Positions 9,472 through 18,938 of a DNA stretch of 64,000 bases are shown piece by piece; within the stretch, counting starts at the first letter, position 1; every line of letters begins with the position of its first letter. The position numbers were made by a program, and so were the translations under genes. The notes under the pieces are model-generated. The model did no database searches. It saw only the letters and a program-made list of their open reading frames with translations, and was not told the origin of the DNA. Location: IMG/VR virus record IMGVR_UViG_3300032897_000528, one strand, 5' to 3'. The stretch is from an uncultured virus (IMG/VR IMGVR_UViG_3300032897_000528). Its lineage: Duplodnaviria; Heunggongvirae; Uroviricota; Caudoviricetes.

Positions 9472-9675
9472 CGTCACCCGGCAGTCGGTAGTGGGTCAGT
9501 TTGGGGAAAGATCGTGAGGCACGGATCGGCCGTTGGCGCAAGTCATCGATAAAGGAACGGGCTAGCGGCCATCGTCGGTGGTAAGTACATGCAAGGATAT
9601 CGCGACATGGTGGATAACGCTAATAGTCAGGATGTTTTGGACTACGGCGAAAATGTGGGTTACGATGATGCTGCA

Positions 9676-10749
9676 ATGGGATGGGCAACTCTTCAATACT
9701 CCCTGGATGAGGTGGCCTCTGCCGGAGATGTTCTGGTGGACAAGAAATGCTCCGCGGATGATTATGATCGCGCGCTAGATGTCGTAAATAATTGGAGATC
9801 GTGTCACGCATTTGCGCTGAATACGCTCCAAATGAACCTGCGAAGAAAGGCCAGTGCGATGGATGTGAATGCGACCATCGCGCAGAGGATCAAGCGGCTG
9901 CCTGCCATCATTCACAAACTAGATCGTCTCCGATGGCTCAGGCTCTCTAAGATACAGGACATCGGCGGATGCCGAGGAATTCTTTCAAACGTAAGGCAGG
10001 TGAACAAGTTACGTGATGAATTCGTCAACGGCTCTGGAATGCAACACATTCTTATTACACAGGATGATTACATCACCAACCCCAAGAAGACAGGATACCG
10101 TGGAATTCATCTCGTGTATGAGTATCGCAGTAAGAGGAACTCATTGCACAACGGTAGGAAGATCGAAATACAATTGCGTTCTCGTCTTCAGCATGCATGG
10201 GCCACTGCCGTAGAAACTGTTGGTTTGTTTTCACAACAGTATCTTAAGTCGAATCGCGGAGACACTAGATGGTTGCGTTTCTTTTCCCTTATGGGATCTG
10301 CAATGGCTCAGCGAGAAAAGGTTTCTCCCGTTCCAGGTACCCCAACAGACACCACCGAACTGATAAGCGAACTCACCACTCTGGCGTCTGAACTTGAAGT
10401 TAGGACCAAACTGGCCGCGTGGACGAGTGCGTTGCAGTGGGTAAGGCCGCAGCAGGAAGGGTCACACTTCTTATTATCACTTGACACCCGCGCCGAGCGC
10501 TTAACCGTCACGACATACGGAAAATCACAATTGGAACAGGCAAATGCGGATTATCTCAAATTAGAGAAGGACAATACTGGTAAACCTGGTCGAGATGCCG
10601 TTCTGGTCACGTTAGAGTCGGTGAAATCACTTCGAACCGCATACCCGAACTATTTTGCTGATACGCGACTGTTCATGGAGGCCGTAGACGCAGCTACGAA
10701 GAATCTTCTGACCAAGGGAAATCCCAGGCAGCTATCCCTGCCTATCTGA
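9676..10749 (+). CDS. capRel: RelA/SpoT-domain protein, CapRel-like fused toxSAS-antitoxin
   Basis: QRIKR, QDIGGCR, GYRGIH, EIQLRS..QHAWA synthetase motifs; N-terminal NWRSCH; C-terminal domain ending in AYPNYF (YxxY). Upstream ATGs at 9589 and 9607 are also possible. Confidence 0.8.
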   Translation: MGWATLQYSLDEVASAGDVLVDKKCSADDYDRALDVVNNWRSCHAFALNTLQMNLRRKASAMDVNATIAQRIKRLPAIIHKLDRLRWLRLSKIQDIGGCRGILSNVRQVNKLRDEFVNGSGMQHILITQDDYITNPKKTGYRGIHLVYEYRSKRNSLHNGRKIEIQLRSRLQHAWATAVETVGLFSQQYLKSNRGDTRWLRFFSLMGSAMAQREKVSPVPGTPTDTTELISELTTLASELEVRTKLAAWTSALQWVRPQQEGSHFLLSLDTRAERLTVTTYGKSQLEQANADYLKLEKDNTGKPGRDAVLVTLESVKSLRTAYPNYFADTRLFMEAVDAATKNLLTKGNPRQLSLPI

Positions 10750-11566
10750 GCAGATCCACAATCTCCCCAACCTCCCAAACGTGGTCGGTGACGTCCGCTG
10801 CCATCGCAGGCGTCACCCGCAGCGTCTGATGGATGCGCGCGAAGTTGTAGTGCATGAAGTGCAGAGCGACGGCTGCGCAGTGGTTCTCAAGTTTCTTTGA
10901 GAAGGCGTTAGTCAGGCGCGTGAACCGTCGCATGCTCATGCGCATTGTGAGGTTCTGACGCTCAACGTAGCTCGTGGAGATGTGCACCTTATCCGGTGTG
11001 CCGACGATGATTTCCTTCTTTGCGCCAGTGCAAAGCGCTGGACTGTAGCGGACCTCGGTGCCGACGTCGCGGTTGTCACTGCCGTACTGCTTGACCAGCA
11101 TCGCGTAGTCGATGTCGTTGCCGAAGGCGCGCTCTACCGCATCCACGTAGACCTTGTGGCCGTCGCTCGTGAGCTGCACGCGGTTGGCAAGCCGGCCAGC
11201 AAGGTCCGAGATGAAACGGTAAGCGGTCTCGGCGCTGCGGTCGCCAACCACCCACGAGGCGATCAACTTCGTCTCAGCGTCGAGCGCGGTCCACGTCCAA
11301 ACGTCGCCAATTCCGTGCGCGCCAGCATTCACCTGCTTCTGTTTGGCGCCGACGAATGACCAGATCTCATCGACCTGGACGCGCTTGCATGGAAGGTTCA
11401 CGAGGTGCTCGACCTGATAGGCCTCGCAGGCTTCGCCGAGTTCGAGCAAGAGCTTCTGAATCGTGTTCTTCGCGATGCCCGTCATGCGGACGGTGCCGCG
11501 GATGCTGTTACCCTCGACCAAAGCCTTGACCACTTGGATCTGCTTCTCTCGTGGCAACCGATTCAT
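10742..11566 (-). CDS. IS1-family DDE transposase
   Basis: N-terminal HTH (EGNSIRGTVR); VDEIWSFV, TSDG, YVERQNLTMR..RFTRLTNAFSKK, TPAMAA. Confidence 0.92.
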   Translation of the reverse strand: MNRLPREKQIQVVKALVEGNSIRGTVRMTGIAKNTIQKLLLELGEACEAYQVEHLVNLPCKRVQVDEIWSFVGAKQKQVNAGAHGIGDVWTWTALDAETKLIASWVVGDRSAETAYRFISDLAGRLANRVQLTSDGHKVYVDAVERAFGNDIDYAMLVKQYGSDNRDVGTEVRYSPALCTGAKKEIIVGTPDKVHISTSYVERQNLTMRMSMRRFTRLTNAFSKKLENHCAAVALHFMHYNFARIHQTLRVTPAMAADVTDHVWEVGEIVDLLR

Positions 11567-11596
11567 ACTGACCATTATGCGTGAGGGCTCTCGCAT

Positions 11597-11681
11597 ATGC
11601 AAGCATCTTTTTACAACCATGCTTGCATTCTTCTACATCTAGCGTAGTATGCAAGCATCAACAGAGAAAGGATGCTTGCAT
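11597..11681. promoter_or_regulatory. Four ATGCAAGCAT/ATGCTTGCAT boxes (candidate operators)
   Basis: Boxes at 11597, 11619, 11649 and 11672 in alternating orientation between the divergent transposase and P63C genes. Confidence 0.7.
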
Positions 11682-12669
11682 GTCCGATGAACCTACAGGA
11701 AAGGCAAAGGGTGGAGTCGCTCGGGCACTGGCCCTCTCGCCAGAGCGAAAAAGCAGCATTGCCAGAAGTGCAGCCATGGCGCGATGGGGTGAGAAACCGC
11801 TTCACGCTACGCACCGCGGTAATTTTAAGGAGGAATTTGGCATCGATGTTGGATGTTACGTGCTCGATGACGAACAAAAGACAGCAGTAATCAGTCAAAG
11901 CGGAATGGCGCCAGCTCTGGGGTTAGTCGCCGGAAGCGGTGGCCAGGCGCTGCGATTCGTCAACAGCATTAGACTTGCCCCATACGTCAGTGCCGAACTG
12001 GCGGAGAAATTGAAGAAGCCGCTTGTTTTCCAGTGGTTTTCTCCAGTGCCGAACAATCCGACGGTCATCGTACACGGCTATGACGTCACGATATTGGTCG
12101 ACATCTGCAAAGCCGTTCTCCAAGCGCACATGGACGGCAAGCTCCAGAAGCGCCATCAAAACATGGTGAGGCAGGCCCACATCATCCTGAATGCTTCGGC
12201 GAAGGCAGGAATTAAGGGCCTGGTCTACGCGTTGGCCGGGTACGACGCGACCAAAGAAGAGGTTATCGCCGCCTTCAAGACGTTTGTCCGAGAAGAGGCG
12301 CGCGAGTACGAAAAGGAGTTTCCGGACCAGCTCTACACTGAATGGTATCGTCTCTACAAATTGCCAAAACCAGAGAAGAATAGACCGTGGAAATTCAAGC
12401 ACCTTACAATTCGGCACGTCTACTATCCGCTGGCCAGAAGCAGCGGAAGGGTGCTCGATCTGCTTAAAGCGTTGCGGGCTAGAGGAACTGAGCGTCACAA
12501 GAAGCTACATCAATTCCTTTCGGATACTGGAGTCAAAGCGCTTCGCACTCATCTCGGACAGTTGGCCGGCATCGCCCAGGTATCTGACGACCGGGAGATG
12601 TACGAACGCTACTTCGATAGGATATTCGGTCGACAGCAAAGCCTCGACTTCTCGACGAGGACGACCTGA
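11680..12669 (+). CDS. P63C-domain protein
   Basis: KGGVARA..LSPERKS.IA..AAMARW N-terminus; CYVLDD; C-terminal EKEFPDQLY.EWYRL..VYYPL..KLHQFL. Confidence 0.8.
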   Translation: MSDEPTGKAKGGVARALALSPERKSSIARSAAMARWGEKPLHATHRGNFKEEFGIDVGCYVLDDEQKTAVISQSGMAPALGLVAGSGGQALRFVNSIRLAPYVSAELAEKLKKPLVFQWFSPVPNNPTVIVHGYDVTILVDICKAVLQAHMDGKLQKRHQNMVRQAHIILNASAKAGIKGLVYALAGYDATKEEVIAAFKTFVREEAREYEKEFPDQLYTEWYRLYKLPKPEKNRPWKFKHLTIRHVYYPLARSSGRVLDLLKALRARGTERHKKLHQFLSDTGVKALRTHLGQLAGIAQVSDDREMYERYFDRIFGRQQSLDFSTRTT

Positions 12670-12671
12670 TC

Positions 12672-12908
12672 CTATTTATCCCACCGCGCCAGCGCCGCCT
12701 TCTTCGCCGCCTCGCTCAGCTTCTTCTTGCCGAGCTTCTTCGCCCTGGCCTTCCCACCCTTGAGCCCACCCAAGCGCCCTAGCGCAACGGCTGCTGCGTT
12801 CTTGCCTTCGTCCGTCTTGACCTCTGCTGGAGCTTCTCCCGTGGCCATGGCCGTCACCATGTGGGCTAGTTGGTTCGTATCGCGTGGCATGCGTGAGCGC
12901 TTTTGCAT
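12672..12908 (-). CDS. Small basic protein typical of IS1-associated passenger sets
   Basis: PRDTNQLA..KNAAAVALGRLGGLKGGKARA..ARW. Confidence 0.75.
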   Translation of the reverse strand: MQKRSRMPRDTNQLAHMVTAMATGEAPAEVKTDEGKNAAAVALGRLGGLKGGKARAKKLGKKKLSEAAKKAALARWDK

Positions 12909-13420
12909 ACCTTAGCCATGCCACAGGTTGGGAGCGGAGTCCACGAAACGCCAGCGCGCGTCAGGTCCAAACTGACCCACTACCCGGCAGTCTGGTCAGC
13001 TCGGAGTGTAGCCGCCTCGGTGCCTCGAGCACACGACCCTCGTGCGCTGTCCCTCACCTGGCCCCATACTCTCGATTATCCGGATGCCCTGCTCCTGGCA
13101 GCGCACGTAGACAGCGTCGTCCGCTGTCGGTATCAAGTCGCTGGCCTCACACTGGCCATGGTCGCTCTTTTCGGCAAAGGCCGGTAGCCATGTAGCCGGC
13201 AGCGCAGGTACCGAGCGAGATTGAAGGCATGAATTTTCAGCGCAGACACAAGCCGTTAAAGTGCCGCAAGCTCGCGGCTGCGACCTGTGCTTGCCTGAAG
13301 GTTCCACTCGACGAGACGGTATTCCACCCGTGCTGCGGACGATATCACATCGGCTGTGGTCGAATCATGCGCTCGAGCGCGATCTACAGTCGCGGGCGAC
13401 CGCCGAAGCTCCCGATCTAG

Positions 13421-14260
13421 TCAACCTTTGTTGTCGGGCGCCATCCAAACGCCGTCAGGGTAGCCAGCCGCGGCGAGCGCCCGGGCGGTGGCGAGCCCGG
13501 GGACTCCGTCAAGCGCGACGAGACCGAGCGCCCTCTGGCGCTCCCTCCACACCGCCAAGTCTTGCCCGGTGGCGAAGTCGAGCCGCTCGCAGCCGGAGGC
13601 CTCGAGCGCTCCCATCATGGCGTCACCCGGGTCGCCGGACCCGCGCGTGGCGGTGAGGTCGCGGTGCCCCACGATGCCGACCACGTCCGAGAGCGGGGGG
13701 TGCCTGAGCAGTGAGCTCACGACCCTGGCAGAGGGGCCACCCTCGTAGCGCGCAGGGATCTGCCACTGGATGGGCAGGGGGAGGAGGCGGCACACCCAGA
13801 GCATGAGCTTAGCCGCCACCGCGAGCTGCCCCTCGTAGACGTCGGCGTCCGCGCGGCCCTGGACGACCTCGACGCCGACCGAGCACCCGTTGGCGACCTT
13901 CGCGTGGTATGCGGCCTCGAGCAGCAGGTCGGCGCAGCAGTAGGCGGAGCCGTCAGAGTCCACCACCAGGTGGGCCCCGCCCGACCGCTCTCGGTCGTGG
14001 GTCCACGACGCCACGACCCTCGCCCCGCCGCCGGTAGACGGCCCAAGCCCCGGCCGCACGAGCTGCGGCCTCTGGTCCGCGCCCCCGGGGATGCCGCCCG
14101 TCGTGTGGCAAACGACTAGATGGACCCACTTCCGCTCCTCGCCCGACCTCTGCCGGTAGTCAGAAGGGTCGAGCCGCAGGCGCGGGTCGTCGTCGTAGTT
14201 CTTGACGTCGATGCCCGGAACTACGACCTTCTTCCGGGCTATGACGAGTCCCGTGCCCAC
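13421..14260 (-). CDS. N-acetylmuramoyl-L-alanine amidase (Amidase_2) with C-terminal peptidoglycan-binding motif; endolysin-like
   Basis: HTT, AHLVVD.DG, AYHA..N..SVGVE, GHRD..DPG; tail QRALGL..DGVPG.AT..AL. Extended -10 TGcTATCCT 7 nt before the GTG. Confidence 0.85.
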   Translation of the reverse strand: MGTGLVIARKKVVVPGIDVKNYDDDPRLRLDPSDYRQRSGEERKWVHLVVCHTTGGIPGGADQRPQLVRPGLGPSTGGGARVVASWTHDRERSGGAHLVVDSDGSAYCCADLLLEAAYHAKVANGCSVGVEVVQGRADADVYEGQLAVAAKLMLWVCRLLPLPIQWQIPARYEGGPSARVVSSLLRHPPLSDVVGIVGHRDLTATRGSGDPGDAMMGALEASGCERLDFATGQDLAVWRERQRALGLVALDGVPGLATARALAAAGYPDGVWMAPDNKG

Positions 14261-14314
14261 GTCGATGAGGATAGCACGATCTCTACTGCCACGCGGTGGT
14301 ATGATCGAAGCACC

Positions 14315-14608
14315 ATGTTACGAAATCGCTTCGTGATGGTCTTGAGCAGTGCAGCCTATGAAGCAATCTCCATCGTCTACCCGCCGACCAGGGCCAAGCT
14401 TCACAGGATCTTGCATGTGGCGGGCACCGCCATGACCCTCGCGTTCGTCTTGTCGACGTGGCTCCTGTCCGAGCTGCAAACCAAGACCAAGATCGAGACC
14501 GACCCCGTGGTGGTGGTCGCCTACCTGACGAGGCGGCAGGCCGTGGTCACCAAGGCTGACAAGGTAGTCGACCGACTGTCGATCTCAGACAGCGACACTC
14601 CGACCTAA
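14315..14608 (+). CDS. Small membrane protein, divergent from the amidase
   Basis: Hydrophobic segment; extended -10 TGgTATGAT upstream of ATG 14315. Confidence 0.5.
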   Translation: MLRNRFVMVLSSAAYEAISIVYPPTRAKLHRILHVAGTAMTLAFVLSTWLLSELQTKTKIETDPVVVVAYLTRRQAVVTKADKVVDRLSISDSDTPT

Positions 14609-14626
14609 AAAGCCAGTAGAGCTGGC
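14607..14626 (-). terminator. Intrinsic terminator at convergence point
   Basis: Minus strand GCCAG-CTCTA-CTGGC followed by a T run. Confidence 0.5.
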
Positions 14627-14661
14627 GAAAGTCCGCCGTTCTCCCTTGGTCGTCAATAGAG

Positions 14662-14922
14662 CTAGGGACTCGTGAAGATGCGATCTTGTCCGCAGACTCC
14701 GGAGGTGACCTCTCTGATGGCACCCAGCTCGACCAGGCGATCAAGGATCGCCATCGCCTTGAAGGTGTCACCGTACGACACGTCGACGAGCGACTTGAAC
14801 GCCTTGAAAGCTCCTGCCGTTTCCAGGAGCTTCCTGGCATTGTCGCCTGCCTTGAACAGGCAGCGACCTCCCTCGTCGGTGAACAGCCACTTTTTCTCTT
14901 CCTCGTAACAGTAGATTGACAT
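14662..14922 (-). CDS. Hypothetical protein (possible winged helix)
   Basis: AAGGAG ribosome-binding site; ILDRLVELGAIREV. Confidence 0.6.
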   Translation of the reverse strand: MSIYCYEEEKKWLFTDEGGRCLFKAGDNARKLLETAGAFKAFKSLVDVSYGDTFKAMAILDRLVELGAIREVTSGVCGQDRIFTSP

Positions 14923-14952
14923 CTGTCTCCTTTTCTAACTCCAATAGTGTGT

Positions 14953-15174
14953 TTAGTCTGTTGACTGCGACGCGTTCCGCACGGTCTTAGCAGCTAATTT
15001 TCGATAACAAGTCGCACAGTCATCAGGTCCGCGTCCGCCCGATGCCGGTTCGAGACGGCCCGTAAACATCCACTTCCCGCAGAGCGATCGACCCTGTTCG
15101 AAAAAATGCGCCTTCTTCGAGAGCAGAGGCCAGCCCCAACCTACTTGTTCGTTCGTGTCTTCACTTGACATCAT
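14953..15174 (-). CDS. Small Cys/His protein
   Basis: KAHFF..SLCGKW..CATC; lower-GC patch. Confidence 0.55.
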   Translation of the reverse strand: MMSSEDTNEQVGWGWPLLSKKAHFFEQGRSLCGKWMFTGRLEPASGGRGPDDCATCYRKLAAKTVRNASQSTD

Positions 15175-15456
15175 GTTTTCCTAAGACCATCACTAGAGCC
15201 TCGCAACCTTACTTCGAGCTCTTTGAAGGGATATCCAGTTGGCCTCCACCAATTAGACTTGGACACTCTGACCGTGATCAGTCCTGCTCGGTACAGTCGC
15301 TCGGCAATCCTGAAGTCGGTGGTTCGATCTATGAAAGAAACTGTCGAATCCCAACGACTCGTTCCCTTGAAGTCGTCGTAGAAAGCGAGCGTGGCGACTG
15401 CGCGACCTGCCGGATAATTGCCACAGCTTCTTCAAGTCCGATTCCCCTAGCCTCAT

Positions 15457-15822
15457 TCACAAGAAGATCTTGGCTTCTACAATTCGGTCGATCTCGTCGC
15501 TCCGGTCGAGGATCCTGGCGACCCTGACCATGCAGTTGTCACCAAGTGGAGGGTTGAACCACTCTAGTGGTCCGCCCTTCTTGAAGCACTTGACCCACTG
15601 CTGAGGGTTTACGCGATAGCTCCAAGGAGAGGACTCAATCTCCAGAGATGTTGATGGCAATGAAGTGGGCTCGGAATAGGGCTCAACCTTCTCCTTGGCC
15701 ATGAGAGCTGTGAGCTCTTCTGGAGAGTCTGCCCTGGCCACGGGTCTAGTGTCCTCTGAGTGCGCCATTCTCATGTCGTTGAGGAATAAGATCCACACGA
15801 AGTCGAACCCAACAGCCATCAA
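15457..15822 (-). CDS. Hypothetical protein
   Basis: GGAGG ribosome-binding site; coupled to upstream stop. Confidence 0.55.
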   Translation of the reverse strand: MMAVGFDFVWILFLNDMRMAHSEDTRPVARADSPEELTALMAKEKVEPYSEPTSLPSTSLEIESSPWSYRVNPQQWVKCFKKGGPLEWFNPPLGDNCMVRVARILDRSDEIDRIVEAKIFL

Positions 15823-16220
15823 CCACCTCCTTTTACCTCGACGGGAGTCTCGGGCGGAAAGCGAGGTGGCCTGGCGAGCACGCCTCGAGATCCCTCGCCG
15901 CCACCCTCCTGACTCGCCAGACGATCTCCCGACTCGGGTACCTTCAGATCGGTTAACCTCCCGGCCCTCTCGGATTCGAGCTTCTTAATACAGGTGATGT
16001 CGGACCTCACGAGCTCCACCGATACGCCGAGCGCGACGGCGATCTCGTCATCGCTCTTGCCTTCAGCTAACAGATCTCTTATTTCTATATGGCGATGGTG
16101 CTGAGATCTCATCTTCGCGCCTCGATCGGAAGGAACCGGCATACCCAGGGCGGCTGTCATCTCGGCAACAGATTCAATCAGATCGTCTACAGCTGTTGAG
16201 CTCACGGTTCGAACCTCCAC
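15819..16220 (-). CDS. LuxR/sigma4-type HTH protein
   Basis: LLAEGKSDDEIAVALGVSVELVRSDI. Confidence 0.6.
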   Translation of the reverse strand: MEVRTVSSTAVDDLIESVAEMTAALGMPVPSDRGAKMRSQHHRHIEIRDLLAEGKSDDEIAVALGVSVELVRSDITCIKKLESERAGRLTDLKVPESGDRLASQEGGGEGSRGVLARPPRFPPETPVEVKGGG

Positions 16221-16395
16221 AGTTTATAGTTGTCTTCGACTACCACGTAGTAGTCGTCTTCACCCCTCTTCGGATCGCTGTTGAGAGTCTGGGCCAACTT
16301 CTCGGCCTCGGACTGCGTGAGGCTCGCGCCTCCGGCCACGAAGTACTGGTTACCCCTCTGATCTTCGTGGTCGTAGGCGCTCGTCCTTATTATCT

Positions 16396-17175
16396 TCACG
16401 AGGCGTCTCCCAGGGTGCCGAGCAAGGCGCCCCTGAAGTAGGATGGACTGCCTGCCACTTGACGAGCCCATAGGGTAAGGAGGCTGCCCGCTCGGGCCGC
16501 TTGGTCAGGCAAGAGAGAGATCTCGGCACCCGCGCGCAGCGACTTGTCCGTGAGCATCGCGCTCGGCACCCTCGAGTAGATCCCTCCTGAGAGGACAGAA
16601 AGCTCATCCACTCTGTACTCGTCGAGCACTCCGTACGGGACGTAGAGATGGGTCAACGTCATTCCCAACCGCATCATCTTGCTCACGACGGCGTAGAGGC
16701 CCACCCTCGTGCGCGTAGCTCTAGTCTCGAGGCCGACCACCAGGTGCGAGCCTCCCGCGCAGCTCTGCCCGGGCTTCACGAGATTTCCGACCACGCTGCA
16801 CCGGAAGCGGCGCTCGACGTCGGTGATGTTGGTGACCCTCACCTCGAGGTGCTCTCCCTCGCAGAGCAGGTCGTGAGCTAGCGATACGCCGGGAAACCTG
16901 CTCCTCGCCGACTCAGCGAAGAGGCTGGCCGGCACCCCGTCGCCCCAGCAGTGCTGGCTCGACCTCCCGATGAGTATGTCCTCCACGACGAAGTGTGGAG
17001 CCACGTCGTCGGGGACCACGTACCAGGAGGGCAAGAGCGCGAACCCGGCGCACGCCCGCTGGAAGCGCAGGGCGGCCTCCTGCCAGGGCTTGACTCTCAC
17101 CTCCCCCATGCTGTGCTCGACGAACTGAACTGCGTTCTGCATCATCGTCGCCTCTTCCCTGTGGTTCTGAGCCAC
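16396..17175 (-). CDS. Tandem all-beta domain protein (paralog family A, two domains)
   Basis: Domain 1 LPSWYVVP..FVVEDILIGRSSQ..VPASLF..VRVTN..FRCSVVG; domain 2 LTHLYVP..YRVDEL..VPSAML..FRGALLG. Confidence 0.7.
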   Translation of the reverse strand: MAQNHREEATMMQNAVQFVEHSMGEVRVKPWQEAALRFQRACAGFALLPSWYVVPDDVAPHFVVEDILIGRSSQHCWGDGVPASLFAESARSRFPGVSLAHDLLCEGEHLEVRVTNITDVERRFRCSVVGNLVKPGQSCAGGSHLVVGLETRATRTRVGLYAVVSKMMRLGMTLTHLYVPYGVLDEYRVDELSVLSGGIYSRVPSAMLTDKSLRAGAEISLLPDQAARAGSLLTLWARQVAGSPSYFRGALLGTLGDAS

Positions 17176-17177
17176 GA

Positions 17178-17576
17178 CTACCTCCTTACTGCACCTCTGA
17201 CTGCCCTTCTTGTCGCGGGCTTCTTCGCCGCGATCGAGCGGCTCGCGCTCGGCATCGGCTCTGGTCGCAGCAGGGCGGCGAGCTCGCTGTCGGAGATCGT
17301 CTTCTGCTGGTAGCGGTGCTCTGGATCGCCAGAGAGGTCTGTGGGTCTCCCTTCGAACCCGCAGAGCAGCTCGGCGACGCGCAGGCCGACGTGGCGCTTG
17401 ATACGTGGCCAGACGAACGAGAGCGCGTTCCGGTACGCCTGCGACGTGCAGCAGACGTCAACTCCCTCAACGATGAAGCGGAAGCACGGATAGCACAGGC
17501 CACCGACAAACTCTCCCTCGTCCCGGTGGTTCTGGCAGTCCTTCACGACGCACTTGACGTGCTTCTTCTTGCTCAT
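17178..17576 (-). CDS. Hypothetical Cys-rich protein
   Basis: CVVKDC..LCYPC; ATGA coupling. Confidence 0.55.
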   Translation of the reverse strand: MSKKKHVKCVVKDCQNHRDEGEFVGGLCYPCFRFIVEGVDVCCTSQAYRNALSFVWPRIKRHVGLRVAELLCGFEGRPTDLSGDPEHRYQQKTISDSELAALLRPEPMPSASRSIAAKKPATRRAVRGAVRR

Positions 17577-18325
17577 GCGATCTCCTCCATCTTCTCCAGC
17601 GCGGCGTCGACCTCGTCGAGCACCGACACGACGTTGCCGAAGCTGAACGCGCCGCGGGCGTCGCGCGCCCCGCTCTCGACGTCGACCCAGGTGTCGAGGC
17701 TCGGAGCCCCGCGGTTGGCCCCCAAGATCTTCGAGACGACCTCTCCGACGTTGTGCGGCCCGATGCCTCCCGCGTACCCGATCTTAGCACCGGGTGGCGT
17801 CGGGCCGATCGGCCAGTCGAGCGCCACGCCTCGTCCTCCCGACGGGTCGGCCAAGACGGACGCGCAGTATATCTGCGAGGCGTCGCGGACATGCCCCGCG
17901 AGCTTGTCGACGTCGCGGCACTGCAAGATCCACTCGGAGTACGGCATTCGCGCGACTATCCCGAGGTCTCGCAGATTGTCTAGCCAGCTCGGCTCGTATC
18001 CGTTGACCTGCACCCGGCCGAACTGAGGCAGGAAGTCCAGCTCCTTGAAGAATTCCGTAAATCGTTCCTCGCAGTCGATCGCCCCCAGCTGCCTCGCCCA
18101 GTCACCGCACAGGTGGGCCGAGAGCTTGATCACGTCGTGCCTCGCGGCCACCTCGCAGAGCTCGCGCACCCAGCGCAGGGACGGGTAGCGAGGGCTGCCC
18201 TGGCGAGAGCTCGACAAGAGCACGCCCCACTCGACCCTGGGGTACTGCTCGGACATCGCGAGCAGCACACGAGGATCTACGTGGTCGTCAGCCCCCGTGA
18301 TGGTTGCGCCGAAGTTGAGCTTCAT
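17573..18325 (-). CDS. Phage TIM-barrel protein, phosphoribosylanthranilate-isomerase-like
   Basis: TITGADD, EWGVL, PRYPS, AHLCG, DPSGGRG, GYAGGIGP.NV, WVDVESG. Confidence 0.7.
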   Translation of the reverse strand: MKLNFGATITGADDHVDPRVLLAMSEQYPRVEWGVLLSSSRQGSPRYPSLRWVRELCEVAARHDVIKLSAHLCGDWARQLGAIDCEERFTEFFKELDFLPQFGRVQVNGYEPSWLDNLRDLGIVARMPYSEWILQCRDVDKLAGHVRDASQIYCASVLADPSGGRGVALDWPIGPTPPGAKIGYAGGIGPHNVGEVVSKILGANRGAPSLDTWVDVESGARDARGAFSFGNVVSVLDEVDAALEKMEEIA

Positions 18326-18326
18326 C

Positions 18327-18938
18327 CTATTTTCCCTTCTTAACGTACCTAAAGAGCTGGCGGCTGCGCTCAGTATCTAGATCATCGTCGACTAAGTCGG
18401 CTAGGTCGGCCGCCGTGAGCGTTGGGCGCGGACTGTGCAGGAGCTGACCGTCTTTTGCACGCTCGCCGGCGATCTTCCCGGGCAGCTCAGCACCCTCTAT
18501 CGACTCTTGCACCTTCGCAGCCAATACGGCGCGACGACGCTCCTTGATGCCCTCGCATACGGCCCTGCCGTATTCATTCACTCTGCTCTCGCTTAGCGGC
18601 AACAGAGCGCCTCCCACGAAGGCGACCCAGCGGTAGCAGTCGACAGAGATCTCCATGTACCGAGACAGCACCTTGTGGTCGTGGGTCACTCCCCTCCACT
18701 CGATCGAGATGTCCCCCAGCCGGAAGCCGACTCCCTTGCACACGGTCCACCTGGGATCGTCGGGCTGGGGCAGCACCACTCCACCCCGGAAGACGTTGAC
18801 ATCCGCTGAAGGTGTCTTCTTTACTTCGGAAGCTGCCGAGCGCCTCTTGATCAGAAAATAAAACAGCGACCACAAACCGCCCGTGCTCACGAGAGCTGCC
18901 ATGGCAATCCATAGTTGAAGATGGGTGAGATCTCTCAT
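18327..18938 (-). CDS. Membrane-anchored hypothetical protein
   Basis: ATG 18938 overlaps upstream stop; N-terminal transmembrane segment. Confidence 0.55.
   Translation of the reverse strand: MRDLTHLQLWIAMAALVSTGGLWSLFYFLIKRRSAASEVKKTPSADVNVFRGGVVLPQPDDPRWTVCKGVGFRLGDISIEWRGVTHDHKVLSRYMEISVDCYRWVAFVGGALLPLSESRVNEYGRAVCEGIKERRRAVLAAKVQESIEGAELPGKIAGERAKDGQLLHSPRPTLTAADLADLVDDDLDTERSRQLFRYVKKGK

Larger units (their letters stand above)
9487..12984. mobile_element. IS1-family transporter IS (3498 bp) with three passenger genes
   Basis: Perfect 18-bp inverted repeats GGTAGTGGGTCAGTTTGG (9487-9504) / CCAAACTGACCCACTACC (12967-12984); 8-bp target duplication CGGCAGTC (9479-9486, 12985-12992); lower GC than flanks. 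Confidence 0.95.

Noticed and set aside
9437..9541. N-terminal extension of ORF 8819..9541
   Set aside because: It begins inside the IS1 element; a promoter and ATG at 9436 fit better.
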